Shown: positions 9,277 through 20,110, numbered from the stretch's first letter. The stretch is DNA of 64,000 nt from an uncultured candidate division Zixibacteria bacterium (GCA_963806185.1 CAWDXE010000003.1:128001-192000), one strand, 5' to 3'. Numbers and translations: made by a program. Notes: a model not told the origin generated them from the letters alone.

Positions 9277-10848
9277 TCAGTGTTTGAAATGCCGGGTGCC
9301 GGTAAAGACCATGGCGGCGCCGGCTTTGTCGGTCGCGGCTATGGCGTCGTCATCACCCTTGGACCCGCCGGGTTGGATAATGGCGGTTACACCGGCATTT
9401 GTGACGGTTTCGACACCGTCAGGCATCGGGAAGAAGGCGTCAGAGGCGCAGACGGCCCCTTTGGCTCGATCGCCCGCCCGTTTGACCGCGAGAAAAGCAG
9501 AATCAACGCGCGAAGTCTGCCCCATGCCGATACCGACAGTCGCCCCTCCTTTGGTGAGAACGATGGCGTTTGATTTCACATGCTTGACCACTTTCCAGGC
9601 GAAGAGCAGTTCGCGGAGTTCGTCGGGGGTTGGTTGGCGCTTCGTGACCGCTTTGCAATCGATAGGGAGAGTGGCCTTTATGTCTTCGGTCTGAGCCAAC
9701 ATACCGCCGCGAAGTTGCTTGAGCGGGAGGTGCGGCGCGCGGCCGGAAGCGATCTCCGGCAGGGCGAGCAGGCGGCGGGTCTTTTTCTTTTTCAGCATGG
9801 CCAGCGCATCATCGGCAAAGGACGGCGCCAAAATGCATTCGACAAATTCGGTTTCATGCAAGAGTGTGGCGCAGGCGATGTCGATGTGCCGGTTCAGCCC
9901 GATGATCGAGCCGAAGGCGGAGAGTGGATCCGACTCGTAGGCCAGCTTGTACGCTTGCGCAATATCCTTGCCAATAGCCGCGCCGCAGGGATTGCTGTGT
10001 TTGACAACGGTTGCGAATGGCTCGTCAAAATCAAGCAGCATGTCCAGACAGGCTTCGAGATCATTGTAGTTATTGTACGAGAGTTCCTTGCCGCTGAGCA
10101 CCGCAGCGTGAACCAGGCTGACACCATTGTATGCCGAGTCGGCGTAAAGAGCAGCGTCCTGGTGGGGATTCTCGCCGTAGCGAAGGGAGGTGACTCGCTT
10201 CAGATTAATCTGCAGCTTGTCGGGGAATTTCTCAACCGCCTTTGGCTGCTGGCCTCGGGCAAAATAGTCGGCGATGGCGGTGTCATAGACGGCCGTCAGG
10301 GCAAAGACCTTCCCCGCGCAGGCGCGGCGGAAATCGAAAGTGGTGGAGCCGTTGTGCTCGCGCAGTTGGTCAATGAGTGAGGGATAGTCGAGCGGATCGA
10401 CAATGACTGTCACGCTCTCGTGGTTTTTTGCACCTGAGCGAAGCATGGAAGGTCCACCGATATCGATGTTCTCTATGATTTCGGCATCGGTCGATCCCTT
10501 TTTCGCAACGGTCTGTTGGAATGGATAGAGATTGACGACGATGAGATCGATGCTTTTCGAGTCGAGTTGGTCGAGTTGGGCGACGTCGTCGGGATCGTTG
10601 CGGCGATACAGAATTCCGCCGTGGATCTTCGGGTGCAGCGTTTTCACGCGGCCGCCCATGACTTCGGGAGAGCCGGTAAAGGTGGAGACAGAGATAACGT
10701 GCAGGCCGGCATCGCGGAGAAACTTCATGGTTCCGCCGGTGGAGATGATTTCGATGCCGAACGACTCGAGCGCTTTGGCCAGATCGGCAAGGCCGGATTT
10801 GTCGGAGACGGAAATCAGCGCGCGGCGAATGCGATTGGTGTCGGTCAT
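9277..10848 (-). CDS. purH: Bifunctional AICAR transformylase/IMP cyclohydrolase
   Basis: RALISVSDK, GGRVKTLHP, IDIGGP, LRYGENPHQ, SDAFFP, TGTRHFKH. Confidence 0.98.
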   Translation of the reverse strand: MTDTNRIRRALISVSDKSGLADLAKALESFGIEIISTGGTMKFLRDAGLHVISVSTFTGSPEVMGGRVKTLHPKIHGGILYRRNDPDDVAQLDQLDSKSIDLIVVNLYPFQQTVAKKGSTDAEIIENIDIGGPSMLRSGAKNHESVTVIVDPLDYPSLIDQLREHNGSTTFDFRRACAGKVFALTAVYDTAIADYFARGQQPKAVEKFPDKLQINLKRVTSLRYGENPHQDAALYADSAYNGVSLVHAAVLSGKELSYNNYNDLEACLDMLLDFDEPFATVVKHSNPCGAAIGKDIAQAYKLAYESDPLSAFGSIIGLNRHIDIACATLLHETEFVECILAPSFADDALAMLKKKKTRRLLALPEIASGRAPHLPLKQLRGGMLAQTEDIKATLPIDCKAVTKRQPTPDELRELLFAWKVVKHVKSNAIVLTKGGATVGIGMGQTSRVDSAFLAVKRAGDRAKGAVCASDAFFPMPDGVETVTNAGVTAIIQPGGSKGDDDAIAATDKAGAAMVFTGTRHFKH

Positions 10849-10851
10849 AGC

Positions 10852-11748
10852 TTAGTGTCCTGTCAGAAGCCGTTGGGCCTCGCGATAGCGCTCGGCTGCG
10901 GCCGAGATGACATCCTCGGGGAGTCTCGGCGCCGGGGGCTTCTTGTTCCAGTCGAGTTTATCGAGATAATCGCGGATAGGTTGCTTATCGAATGAGGGTT
11001 GTGACTTGCCCACCTGATATTGGTCGACCGGCCAGAAGCGGCTGCTGTCGGGCGAGAGCACCTCGTCGATCAGGATGAACCGGCCGTTTTTGTATCCGAA
11101 TTCGAATTTGGTGTCGGCGATGATGATTCCTTTGGTCAGCGCATAGTCAGCGGCCTTCTTGTAGACGGCCAGTGATTTGTCGCGGCATAATTGGGCGGTT
11201 TCGGGGCCGACAACTTTCACGAGTTGATCATAACTGATGTTTTCGTCGTGGCCGTCGTCATTCTTCGATGACGGTGTGAACAACGGTTGGGGGAGTTTTT
11301 CCGACTCCTGCAGATTAGCCGGAAAGGCGAAACCGTGAACGGAATTCGAGCCCTGCTTTCGGGCGGCGAGCAGTTCCTTCCACATGGAGCCGGAGATATA
11401 CCCCCGCACGATGCACTCGGCGTCGACTCGGTCGGCCTTGGTGACAATCATTGAGCGACCGTCGAGCACGTCGCGATACTTACGCAGCGGCACGGGGTAT
11501 TCGTCGACGTTGGCCGTGACGAGGTGATTGTCGACGACGTCCTTGAGGAAATCGAACCAGAAGAGCGACGTCTGGGTAAGCACTCTGCCCTTGCCGGGGA
11601 TGCCGTTCGGCATGACGACGTCGAACGCCGAGATGCGGTCGCTGGCAATGAACAAGAGCGAGTCGCCCAGGTCGTAAATGTCGCGCACTTTGCCGCGGCG
11701 CATGAGCGGATATTCCCGGATGTCAGTGGTGAGGGTGATGTTTTCCAT
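10852..11748 (-). CDS. purC: SAICAR synthase
   Basis: GKVRDIY, SDRISAFD, ECIVRGY, ADTKFEFG, DEVLSPDSSRFW, SFDKQ. Confidence 0.97.
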   Translation of the reverse strand: MENITLTTDIREYPLMRRGKVRDIYDLGDSLLFIASDRISAFDVVMPNGIPGKGRVLTQTSLFWFDFLKDVVDNHLVTANVDEYPVPLRKYRDVLDGRSMIVTKADRVDAECIVRGYISGSMWKELLAARKQGSNSVHGFAFPANLQESEKLPQPLFTPSSKNDDGHDENISYDQLVKVVGPETAQLCRDKSLAVYKKAADYALTKGIIIADTKFEFGYKNGRFILIDEVLSPDSSRFWPVDQYQVGKSQPSFDKQPIRDYLDKLDWNKKPPAPRLPEDVISAAAERYREAQRLLTGH

Positions 11749-12358
11749 CGGGTATCGTGTACTTCCCTGTTATGAGTTTCTGCAAGGCCTTGGGATACAA
11801 TTTGTGTTCTTCGGAGAGCACGCGTTCGGCCAGTGTCTCCGGCGTGTCCCCTTTGTGCACCGGGACTTTCACCTGTTCCAGCACTATACCATGGTCATAG
11901 ATTTCGTCGACAAGATGAATAGTCACTCCGGATTCGACTTCGTTGGCGTCGATGACCGCTTGATGAACATGGTGGCCATACATTCCCTTCCCGCCGTACT
12001 TGGGCAACAGAGCCGGGTGAATGTTGACGACGCGATGCGGATAGAGCTCCAATACCCTCGTAGGGATCAGCTTCAGAAATCCGGCCAAAGCGACGTACTG
12101 CACGTGACGGGATTGCAGGGCGGCGATAAGTTGTTCCGTGGCGGCAGGGCGCTCCCCCGCTCTGGGGGCGTAGACCAGCGTATCGATGCCGTGCTTTTTT
12201 GCCCGTTCCAGACCGTAGGCGTCGGCAGTCGATGAGACGACCAGTACGATGCGGACCGAGAGTTCGCCGCGCGCAGCCGCATCGATGAGCGATTGCAGGC
12301 CTGTTCCGCGACCTGATATGAAAACGGCTATGTTGGTTAGTTTCTCCGGCATGGTCAC
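11723..12358 (-). CDS. purN: Phosphoribosylglycinamide formyltransferase
   Basis: IAVFISGRGT, LAGF, NIHPALLP, SGVTIHLVDEIYDHG, EEH.LYP. Confidence 0.96.
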   Translation of the reverse strand: MTMPEKLTNIAVFISGRGTGLQSLIDAAARGELSVRIVLVVSSTADAYGLERAKKHGIDTLVYAPRAGERPAATEQLIAALQSRHVQYVALAGFLKLIPTRVLELYPHRVVNIHPALLPKYGGKGMYGHHVHQAVIDANEVESGVTIHLVDEIYDHGIVLEQVKVPVHKGDTPETLAERVLSEEHKLYPKALQKLITGKYTIPDGKHHPHH

Positions 12359-13835
12359 GCCTCGAGTTTCTCCTTGAGGAGTCGGTTGACCGCCTCCGGG
12401 TTGGCCTGGCCGCAGGTCTCTTTCATGACCTGCCCGACAAAGAAGGCGAAGACGTTGGTCTTTCCGCTGCGGTATTTCGCGACATTGTCAGGATTGGCAG
12501 ACAGAATTCGTTCAATTACCGGAACGAGCGCACCATCGTCGGAAATCTGCACCAAACCCTTTTCTTTGATTATAACCGACGGGGCTTTGCCGGTGGCTGT
12601 CATTTCCTCGAATACGGTCTTGGCAAGCTTACCGGAGAGTTCGCCTGATTTCACTTTAGATGAGTAGCTCGGCGATTTGCTTTGGACGAGCGGGGAGATC
12701 CTCAATTTCAATTTTGCGATCCCTGACCGCGCCGAGGACCTCGGTCTGAATCCAGCTCGCGGCGGCACGACCATCGTCAAAGCCGCGCATGACTTCTTCG
12801 TAGAAATCGGCCAGCCCACGAGTGGTGGTAAGGACCGTGCCGTCATACTCGCGCACCCCGTACTGCGAGACGAAGCGAGCCGCTTTCTGTTCGGCCAGCT
12901 CCGGCATATTACGGCGGACTTCCTCGATCCACTCGTCGGAGACGACGAGATTGACCAGATCGGGTTCCGGGAAATACCGGTAGTCGTGCGATTCTTCTTT
13001 GGTGCGCATTTCGCGCGCGACCTGCTTGTCTTCGTCCCACAACATAGTCGCCTGGGTGACCGTACCACCCGACTTGATCAGTTTGATCTGCCGCTGGATT
13101 TCATAATCGAGCGCGCGCTCGACTCCCTTAAAGGAGTTCATGTTTTTCACTTCGGTGCGCGTGCCAAATTCTGTCTGACCAACCGGACGAACGGAGACGT
13201 TGGCGTCGCAGCGCAGGTGCCCTTTTTCCATATCACCGGAGCAAACGCCGGTGTACTGGAGTATCTGCTTAAGTTTGAGTAGATAGGCATGTGCTTCCTG
13301 GGGTGAGCGGAGGTCGGAGGCGCCGACCATTTCGATGAGCGGCACACCACAGCGATTCAGATCGACACGCGTGTACGTTCCTCCCCCTTCAGGGTGAAGC
13401 GACTTGCCGGCGTCTTCTTCTATATGAATGCGAGTGAGCCGGCATGACATCTTGTCGCCGTTCTCCAGCTGGAAGCGGATTTCGCCCCCCTCGCCGATGG
13501 GGCGATCGTACTGCGAAATCTGGTACCCTTTGGGGAGGTCGGGATAGAAGTAGTTCTTGCGGGCGAAGACCGACCGGTTGTGGATGGTGCCACCAACGGC
13601 GAGGATCATTTTCATCGCCAGTTCGACCGCACTCTTGTTGAGCACCGGCAAGTGCGCCGGGCAGGCCAAGGCAGACCGGGCAAGTGAGCGAGTTGGCCGG
13701 CTCGCCGTAGGCGTTTCTGCAGCCGCAGAAAATTTTGGAATTGGTCAGGAGCTGGGCGTGTACCTCGAGCCCGATGACCGGTTCAAATCCGTCGATAGCG
13801 GCCAAGTTCCCGTCCTTGATCAGATTCTCCTGCAA
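12355..13835 (-). CDS. gatB: Asp/Glu-tRNA amidotransferase subunit B (two +1 frameshifts near 13650 and 12660)
   Basis: [19 protein letters not shown] / [42 protein letters not shown] / FFVGQVMK, spread over three ORFs. Confidence 0.93.
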
Positions 13836-13957
13836 CCGGAAGGTTTGTCCTCATTTGCTGACCGGTTGCCGAAGGGCTTGCGTTAAGTCGCGAAATATAT
13901 GGTCCCCCCAACGAAAGTCAATTGGTATGCCGCACCCTCGAAGCGCGCCCTAACCGA

Positions 13958-14746
13958 TTATCCTCCAGTCACATCGGATAGAAACTGCCCCAGGTCGCGG
14001 TTGAAGCGGTCAGGATGTTCCATATTCAGCATGTGACCGGCGTTCGGGTAACGATAGAGTCGGCTCCTGACGATGCGCGCATTGAGTTCCTCGCCCAGCG
14101 GCACAAAAATCTTGTCGTGATCGCCTACAAATATGGCGGTCGGCACGGCGATGTGATGCACGTGATCCAAATCGATCGTGCGCGGATACTTGCCGCGCAT
14201 GGGGTCCATCCAGATAGCGCCCGAATGCTCGCGCATCATCGTCTCCAGCTCTTTGGCCAGTTCCGGGCGGCGTTCGCCGTAGTAGCGAAGCGACCAGTCG
14301 AGCCAGAGCGCGCGAGCGGCCTCGACACCCTTTTCACGTGCGGCTTGATCGACTCTGTCGAGCTTCTTACCATTGTTCCATCCGGCGGCGCCGGTGCTGA
14401 CCAGGGTGAGCGATAGCAGGCGATCCTGATGTTTGAGGGCAAACCCGATCGCAGTCACTCCACCTCTCGACAGCCCCACCAGATGGAACTTGGTGATTCC
14501 CAGCGCGTCCATGAAGGCAAGCAGATCGTTAACCCGGTCATCGCGGCCATAGCCGGTCGACGGCGCGTCGGACAAACCGTGCCCGCGCGAATCGAGCAGG
14601 ATGACGCGGTATCGAGCCGAGAAGAGATCTATCTGTGTTCTCCACTGACGATGGTCGAGAGTGAAGCCGTGAAGAAAAATGACCGGCGCCCCCTGGCCAT
14701 ATTCCTCATAGTAGAGTCTCACGGTATCAAGTTGAGCGTACGGCAT
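13958..14746 (-). CDS. Alpha/beta hydrolase
   Basis: FLHGF, DSRGHGLS, nucleophile elbow GLSRGG, GDHD, AGH. Confidence 0.92.
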   Translation of the reverse strand: MPYAQLDTVRLYYEEYGQGAPVIFLHGFTLDHRQWRTQIDLFSARYRVILLDSRGHGLSDAPSTGYGRDDRVNDLLAFMDALGITKFHLVGLSRGGVTAIGFALKHQDRLLSLTLVSTGAAGWNNGKKLDRVDQAAREKGVEAARALWLDWSLRYYGERRPELAKELETMMREHSGAIWMDPMRGKYPRTIDLDHVHHIAVPTAIFVGDHDKIFVPLGEELNARIVRSRLYRYPNAGHMLNMEHPDRFNRDLGQFLSDVTGG

Positions 14747-14749
14747 GGG

Positions 14750-16186
14750 TCAGAGCAATTTCTCGCAAAGGTGAGAGATCTGGAAGAGTGAGAGTTCGTC
14801 GAATTCCCTCGCCATGAACTGAACACCGATCGGGCGGCCATCGGACGCCGTGCCGAAGGGAACCGAAAGGCCGGGTATACCGGCGAGGTTAGCCGGAATA
14901 GTGTAGGCGTCGCACAGGTACATTGCCAGCGGATCGTCAACCTTCTCGCCGATCCTGAAGGCAGGCGTCGGTGTAGTGGGGGAAATGATCAGGTCGATTT
15001 TTTTGAAAGAGTTTTCAAACTCCCGGCGAAGCAGTTCACGCACCCGGGATGCCTGGATGTAGAAGGCATCGTAGTATCCCGAGGAGAGAACATACGTACC
15101 GAGCATGATGCGCCGCTTAACTTCGCGACCGAACCCGGCCGAGCGGGTATCGGAGTACATAGCCATAAGCGATTTATCGTTGCTTTTGCGCAAGCCGTAC
15201 CTGACACCATCAAAACGGGCCAGGTTGGCCGAGGCCTCGGCCGGGGCTATGATGTAGTAGACGGCGACGGCCTTCTTGGTCATCGGAAGAGAGATATCGA
15301 CAAACCTGTGGCCTTCCCCTTCAAGCGCCTTGCGGCAATTCTGCACTACTGCATTGACTTCGGGATCCAATCCCTCGGCAAAATATTCGCGCGGCACGCC
15401 GATGGTGAACTTGCGGTCCGTTTCTAAGAGTGACGGGTAATCAGGATGGTCGAATGCGACAGAGGTGGAATCAAGCGGATCGCGACCGGCGACTGCCTTG
15501 AAAACCGTGGCCAGATCGCGCGTATTGCGGGCAAGCGGGGATATCTGGTCAGTGGATGAGGCAAACGCGACCAGACCATAGCGCGAGATGCCGCCATAAG
15601 AAGGTTTCAATCCGAACAGACCGCAGAAGGCAGCCGGCTGCCGGACGGAACCGCCGGTCTCGGACCCGAAAGCGAGCGGCGTAATCCCTTGCGCCACGGA
15701 GGCTGCCGATCCCCCCGATGAACCGCCGGGGACAAGGGTGTGACGGAAGGGGTTCTTCGCCGGGCCGAAGGAGGAGTTTTCATTGGACGACCCCATCGCG
15801 AATTCGTCCATGTTGGTTTTGCCGATGATGACCGCACCCGCCGCGATCAAACGGGTGACCAGAGTCGCGTCGTACGGCGGGATGTATCCCTCCAAAATGT
15901 GCGAGCCGCAAGTGAGAGGGTAATCGGTATACGAGATATTATCCTTAAGGGCGATCGGCACGCCGGCAAGCGGAAGATCTCTTGCCTCTCCCCGCTTCGC
16001 ACGGGCATCGATCGCTCCCGCTTGGCAGTGCGCCTTCTCCTCACAAATCGTAATGAAGGCATTTAGCTGCTGGCCTTCAGTTTTGGCAAGGCTGATTGCC
16101 TCTTTCGCAATTTCCACTGCCGACAACCGGCCGGATGTGACTGCGTCAGCGATTTCACAAGCGTGGAGTTTCTTGTATTCAGACAT
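14750..16186 (-). CDS. gatA: Asp/Glu-tRNA amidotransferase subunit A
   Basis: GKTNMDEFAMGSS, PGGSSGGS, GSVRQPA, NLARFDGVRYG, EVKRRIMLGT; start placed at MSEYKK. Confidence 0.96.
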   Translation of the reverse strand: MSEYKKLHACEIADAVTSGRLSAVEIAKEAISLAKTEGQQLNAFITICEEKAHCQAGAIDARAKRGEARDLPLAGVPIALKDNISYTDYPLTCGSHILEGYIPPYDATLVTRLIAAGAVIIGKTNMDEFAMGSSNENSSFGPAKNPFRHTLVPGGSSGGSAASVAQGITPLAFGSETGGSVRQPAAFCGLFGLKPSYGGISRYGLVAFASSTDQISPLARNTRDLATVFKAVAGRDPLDSTSVAFDHPDYPSLLETDRKFTIGVPREYFAEGLDPEVNAVVQNCRKALEGEGHRFVDISLPMTKKAVAVYYIIAPAEASANLARFDGVRYGLRKSNDKSLMAMYSDTRSAGFGREVKRRIMLGTYVLSSGYYDAFYIQASRVRELLRREFENSFKKIDLIISPTTPTPAFRIGEKVDDPLAMYLCDAYTIPANLAGIPGLSVPFGTASDGRPIGVQFMAREFDELSLFQISHLCEKLL

Positions 16187-16588
16187 GGCCAGAATATAGA
16201 AAACTGGGGGTCGATAGCAATTCGAATAATGGTGCATGCGCCGTGGCGCGGGCGCGGTCTGAGTGAAAATGAACTGATCCAATCCATTAATGAAGCAGGA
16301 TGCTTGATACGCTACTTTTATGAGCGCCGGCAGAAGGAGCAATTCGTGAGTACGTCGCTCGGTGAAGCGACTCGCCGAGTCTCGAAGGTCCTTCATTTTC
16401 GTCACCTACATTGGCCTAACTGACTTGGCCACAATCTTATGCACGGCCATTAGAGGATTGCACGGGCCGCCCGGGCTGCACGTCTACAAGTCAGAGAGGG
16501 ATGGCAATTTTCCTGTTGTGCCGCCCTGAGGGGAGGTATATATTGGCCATCTGGACGTGAGCTATCCTACTGGAGGGTTGTGAGCTAG

Positions 16589-17095
16589 ATGAAGAAATCG
16601 GTCAAAATTTGGGTACTTTTGGCGGCCTTGGGGATCGCTGTCGGGCTGGCATCGGGATGTCGCAAGGATGTGTATGTTACGCCGCCGCCGTCGCTAATCG
16701 GCAAGTATATCGGGACGTACACATACCAGGAGGACAACGGCGCCACGCTGATTGTCGATACGACGCAGCCGATCACGTTTGATTTCTCATCCATCGTATT
16801 CAGCATGGATCTGGATACCAGCCGTATGGCTGAGAGCGGCCGGGTCACCTGTGATGTGCTGGGGTACTACAGCTATGAAGGGTCGGTGGTGTTGAGTTAT
16901 ACGTCGCCAACGCTGGGTGGTGAACCGGGCAAGAGGAACAAGACCAACAAGATCTGCCGAGAATCGGACGTGCCTGAAGGGGCATTTGGGCTTCAACAAC
17001 CCGCGGACAGTGTGCTATTGATACAACAGACGACCAAGTCTGGCCCTGGTCCGACGATTTTTGTGAACAAGATTATCCGGTTAGCACCGCGATAG
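16589..17095 (+). CDS. Hypothetical lipoprotein
   Basis: GGAGG RBS, lipobox LASGC, followed by a terminator. Confidence 0.78.
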   Translation: MKKSVKIWVLLAALGIAVGLASGCRKDVYVTPPPSLIGKYIGTYTYQEDNGATLIVDTTQPITFDFSSIVFSMDLDTSRMAESGRVTCDVLGYYSYEGSVVLSYTSPTLGGEPGKRNKTNKICRESDVPEGAFGLQQPADSVLLIQQTTKSGPGPTIFVNKIIRLAPR

Positions 17096-17120
17096 CAGAC
17101 TGATGAGATTCGGATTCCAG

Positions 17121-17145
17121 GCCCTCCTTGCGGAGGGCTTTTTTT
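17121..17145 (+). terminator. Intrinsic terminator
   Basis: GCCCTCC-TTGC-GGAGGGC followed by T7. Confidence 0.88.
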
Positions 17146-17288
17146 ATTCCCCGCAATTTTGACTGACGGCCCCTGTCAGTGGCCCGCGACATACTTCGCA
17201 CAGGAGTTGGCCATTGCCCGCGGAGCCGCCGAGCGGTATAGCGGCAGACTGTGGGCGGTGTGGCGTTTGTATCACCAGGAGTGACAAT

Positions 17289-18827
17289 ATGTTGGCCAAA
17301 GTTGTATCATCGGCAACACTCGGCGTGGAAGCCTACCGGGTCGAAGTGGAGGCAGACATTCAGCAGCAATTACCGGCGTTTATAACAGTGGGTCTGCCGG
17401 ATGGCGCGGTTCGCGAGTCGAAAGAGCGAGTGACAGCGGCGATCAAGAACTCGGATTTCGTTTTCCCGGCGAAGAAGGTGACGATAAACCTGGCGCCTGC
17501 GGACATCAAGAAGGAGGGCTCGGCGTTTGATCTGCCGATAGCCGTGGGAATATTGGCGGCCACCGGCCAAATTCTTCGCGAGCGGTGCGACGAATATGTG
17601 ATGTTGGGCGAGCTTTCGCTCGATGGACAACTGAAGCCGGTGCCTGGGGTATTACCGATGGCGCTCAATTCGACCGCGGGAAACGGGTTAAAGGGGATGA
17701 TTGTACCTCACGAGAATGCCCGTGAGGCGGCTATTGCCGGAACGATTCCGGTGTATCCCGTGAGGAGTCTTAAGGAGGCGGTTCACTTCCTGGAGGACGA
17801 GTCGAGCGTGACGGCCCACACGGTGGATATCTCGACGGTGTTTGAGGAAGCTCGTCGCTACAGTATTGATTTTTCGGATGTAAAAGGACAGGAGTCGGCT
17901 AAGCGGGCGCTCGAGGTAGCGGCAGCCGGGGGACACAATATTATCATGATAGGACCTCCCGGTTCGGGCAAGACGATGCTGGCTCGTCGTGTGCCTACCG
18001 TCCTGCCGGACATGACAGTGGCCGAGGCACTGGAGACTACCAAGATTCACTCCGTGGCAGGGAGACTTCCTGCCAACGCCGCGATGGTGGCGATACGGCC
18101 GTTTCGGGCGCCGCATCACACCATCTCCTACGCCGGTTTGATTGGGGGTGGGACAATACCGCGCCCAGGGGAGGTGTCCCTCTCCCATCACGGCGTCTTG
18201 TTTCTGGACGAACTGCCGGAATTCAAGAAAGACATACTCGAGATGCTTCGCCAACCGATGGAGGATAACACGGTGACGATTTCGCGAGCGTCGACCACGC
18301 TCACCTACCCGGCGTCGTTCATGCTCGTGTCAGCGATGAACCCCTGCCCCTGCGGCTATCACGGCGATCCGGCCCACCAATGCAGTTGTTCTTCGAGCGA
18401 AATACAGCGCTACATGTCCAAAATATCCGGTCCGTTGCTGGACCGGATAGACATTCACATCACCGTGCCGTCAGTGAAATTCAAGGAACTTTCTTCGCAG
18501 GCTTGTGGGGAGCCGTCGATCGTGATTCGCGACCGGGTCAATCGGGCACGCCGCATGCAAATCGAGCGGTTTAAGAATGAGCCGAAGATCTTCTGCAATG
18601 CGCACATGGAATCGCGCGATATCCGGAAGTACTGTGTGATCGATGAGCGATCGCAAGCGTTGCTGGGCTTGGCGATCAAGAAGCAGGGGCTGTCGGCGCG
18701 AGCATATGACCGGATTCTCAAAGTGGCGCGGACGATTGCCGACCTGGCGGGGTCTGAGGGCATCGACATGGGACACGTTGCTGAGGGGATACATTATCGA
18801 AGTCTCGACCGACACCTGTGGTTGTGA
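17289..18827 (+). CDS. comM: ComM/YifB Mg-chelatase-like AAA+ ATPase
   Basis: VGLPD.AVRES.ERV, INLAPAD..KEG, GPPGSGKT, PFRAPHH, LFLDELPEF, NPCPCG, ISGPLLDRID. Confidence 0.93.
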   Translation: MLAKVVSSATLGVEAYRVEVEADIQQQLPAFITVGLPDGAVRESKERVTAAIKNSDFVFPAKKVTINLAPADIKKEGSAFDLPIAVGILAATGQILRERCDEYVMLGELSLDGQLKPVPGVLPMALNSTAGNGLKGMIVPHENAREAAIAGTIPVYPVRSLKEAVHFLEDESSVTAHTVDISTVFEEARRYSIDFSDVKGQESAKRALEVAAAGGHNIIMIGPPGSGKTMLARRVPTVLPDMTVAEALETTKIHSVAGRLPANAAMVAIRPFRAPHHTISYAGLIGGGTIPRPGEVSLSHHGVLFLDELPEFKKDILEMLRQPMEDNTVTISRASTTLTYPASFMLVSAMNPCPCGYHGDPAHQCSCSSSEIQRYMSKISGPLLDRIDIHITVPSVKFKELSSQACGEPSIVIRDRVNRARRMQIERFKNEPKIFCNAHMESRDIRKYCVIDERSQALLGLAIKKQGLSARAYDRILKVARTIADLAGSEGIDMGHVAEGIHYRSLDRHLWL

Positions 18828-18862
18828 GACGACCTAACGAAGGATATGGAGAGGAGGTACAG

Positions 18863-19108
18863 ATGGCGGAAGGATTCAAAGAATTATTCAGTAAGAAGAT
18901 CGTGTCGAACAAGCGAACGTTCTTCATGGATGTCAAGGAAGCGCGGGATCACACGCCTTATCTGGTTATATCGGCGCTGCAACGGAATCAGAATGGGGAG
19001 CCGGACAACGCGCGGATATTTGTGTTCGCCGACCAATTGCACGCCTTTCACGCCGGATTTGAAGAAGCGGTGACGGCCATGATTGAGCGGTTGCCAAAAC
19101 AGAAGTAG
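18863..19108 (+). CDS. DUF3276/PUR-like nucleic-acid-binding protein
   Basis: ELFSKKI...KRTFFMDVKE...YLVIS...RIFVF pattern; GAGGAGG RBS. Confidence 0.8.
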   Translation: MAEGFKELFSKKIVSNKRTFFMDVKEARDHTPYLVISALQRNQNGEPDNARIFVFADQLHAFHAGFEEAVTAMIERLPKQK

Positions 19109-19134
19109 TGGCATGCTGGGCGCCAACAGAAGAT

Positions 19135-19162
19135 CGCCGGGCGGCAACAAAGCGGCCCGGCG
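19135..19162. terminator. Hairpin between convergent genes
   Basis: CGCCGGGC...GCCCGGCG inverted repeat. Confidence 0.55.
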
Positions 19163-19187
19163 AACTTTGCTCCCTGATAAAAAAGCT

Positions 19188-20042
19188 TCACTCTTTCCAG
19201 AATACGTCGACTGATCCCATGCCGACTTCGATCTGAATGAAGATACGGTCCTTGGCGTCCTCGTAATTGCGCGATTCCCACACGCCTTTATGCACTTTGC
19301 GCAGGTCGTCGTGGTGGAAATCAACCGAGGAGAACCAGTTATCGTCGGCTTCGATGTGCACGGGGAGATTCTTGGGCAATATAATGTCCAGCGAACCGGC
19401 ACCAACCTCGATCGAAACTTCGGATTCGCCTGTGTAGGCGCCTCGAAGATCGAGTTCGCCGGACGCTGCCCCTGATTCAAAACGCAGAGACTCGAAATTG
19501 GCATTGCCGAGCGTAACGCAGTCAAACGACGACGCACCAACCTCGATTGTCATTTCTCGCAGGCGAGCCGGGTTGGGCTTGGAGAACTCCAGTCGTCCGT
19601 CGGCCGCGCCGATATCCAGATCGAAATCGGTGACCGGGATGCCGCCAAGATCAATCTCCATATCGGAGGCGCCGATATCCATCTGGAACTCGGTCTGATA
19701 TCTGGTGGACAAAACGACGTTCCAATCGTTGTCAGTATCACCGTTATGATTGTGGTTTCGCCGGGATTCACTGGTGAGATCCAGAAATCCTTTTCCGGCC
19801 CGTTCTTCGTACGTAGCATCACAATCCAAGTACTCGGAGTCGTACTCGACGTCAACCGACGCAGCTTCGGCCATGTCCGCCGGCTCGATAGTGAAGTGGC
19901 CGACGGAGAAATCACCCTTGACCACGATCGACTTGACTTCGCTCGCGGGGAATTTCTGTTTGATGGTCTCGAGTCGGCCGGCCAGAGCCATTCCGGCGGC
20001 GGTCAGGACGACGCCGATTCCAATGATGAAAGTTCGGAACAT
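19188..20042 (-). CDS. Exported toast-rack/DUF2154-like (LiaF/LiaX-type) beta-repeat protein
   Basis: Signal peptide; repeated (I/V)GA..(L/I)DL beta units; IEVGMGSVDV C-terminus; AGGAGAGAGG RBS. Confidence 0.7.
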   Translation of the reverse strand: MFRTFIIGIGVVLTAAGMALAGRLETIKQKFPASEVKSIVVKGDFSVGHFTIEPADMAEAASVDVEYDSEYLDCDATYEERAGKGFLDLTSESRRNHNHNGDTDNDWNVVLSTRYQTEFQMDIGASDMEIDLGGIPVTDFDLDIGAADGRLEFSKPNPARLREMTIEVGASSFDCVTLGNANFESLRFESGAASGELDLRGAYTGESEVSIEVGAGSLDIILPKNLPVHIEADDNWFSSVDFHHDDLRKVHKGVWESRNYEDAKDRIFIQIEVGMGSVDVFWKE

Positions 20043-20110
20043 ACCTCTCTCCTGTCTAGATCGGCAACATGACTTCTTCCTGCCTATACTGGGTCCGTCG
20101 GCTGAAAGTT

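Noticed and set aside
16187..16423. N-terminal extension of the gatA ORF and the overlapping 86-aa plus-strand ORF
   Set aside because: No recognisable homology or RBS. GatA similarity starts at MSEYKK, so this was treated as a divergent intergenic region.
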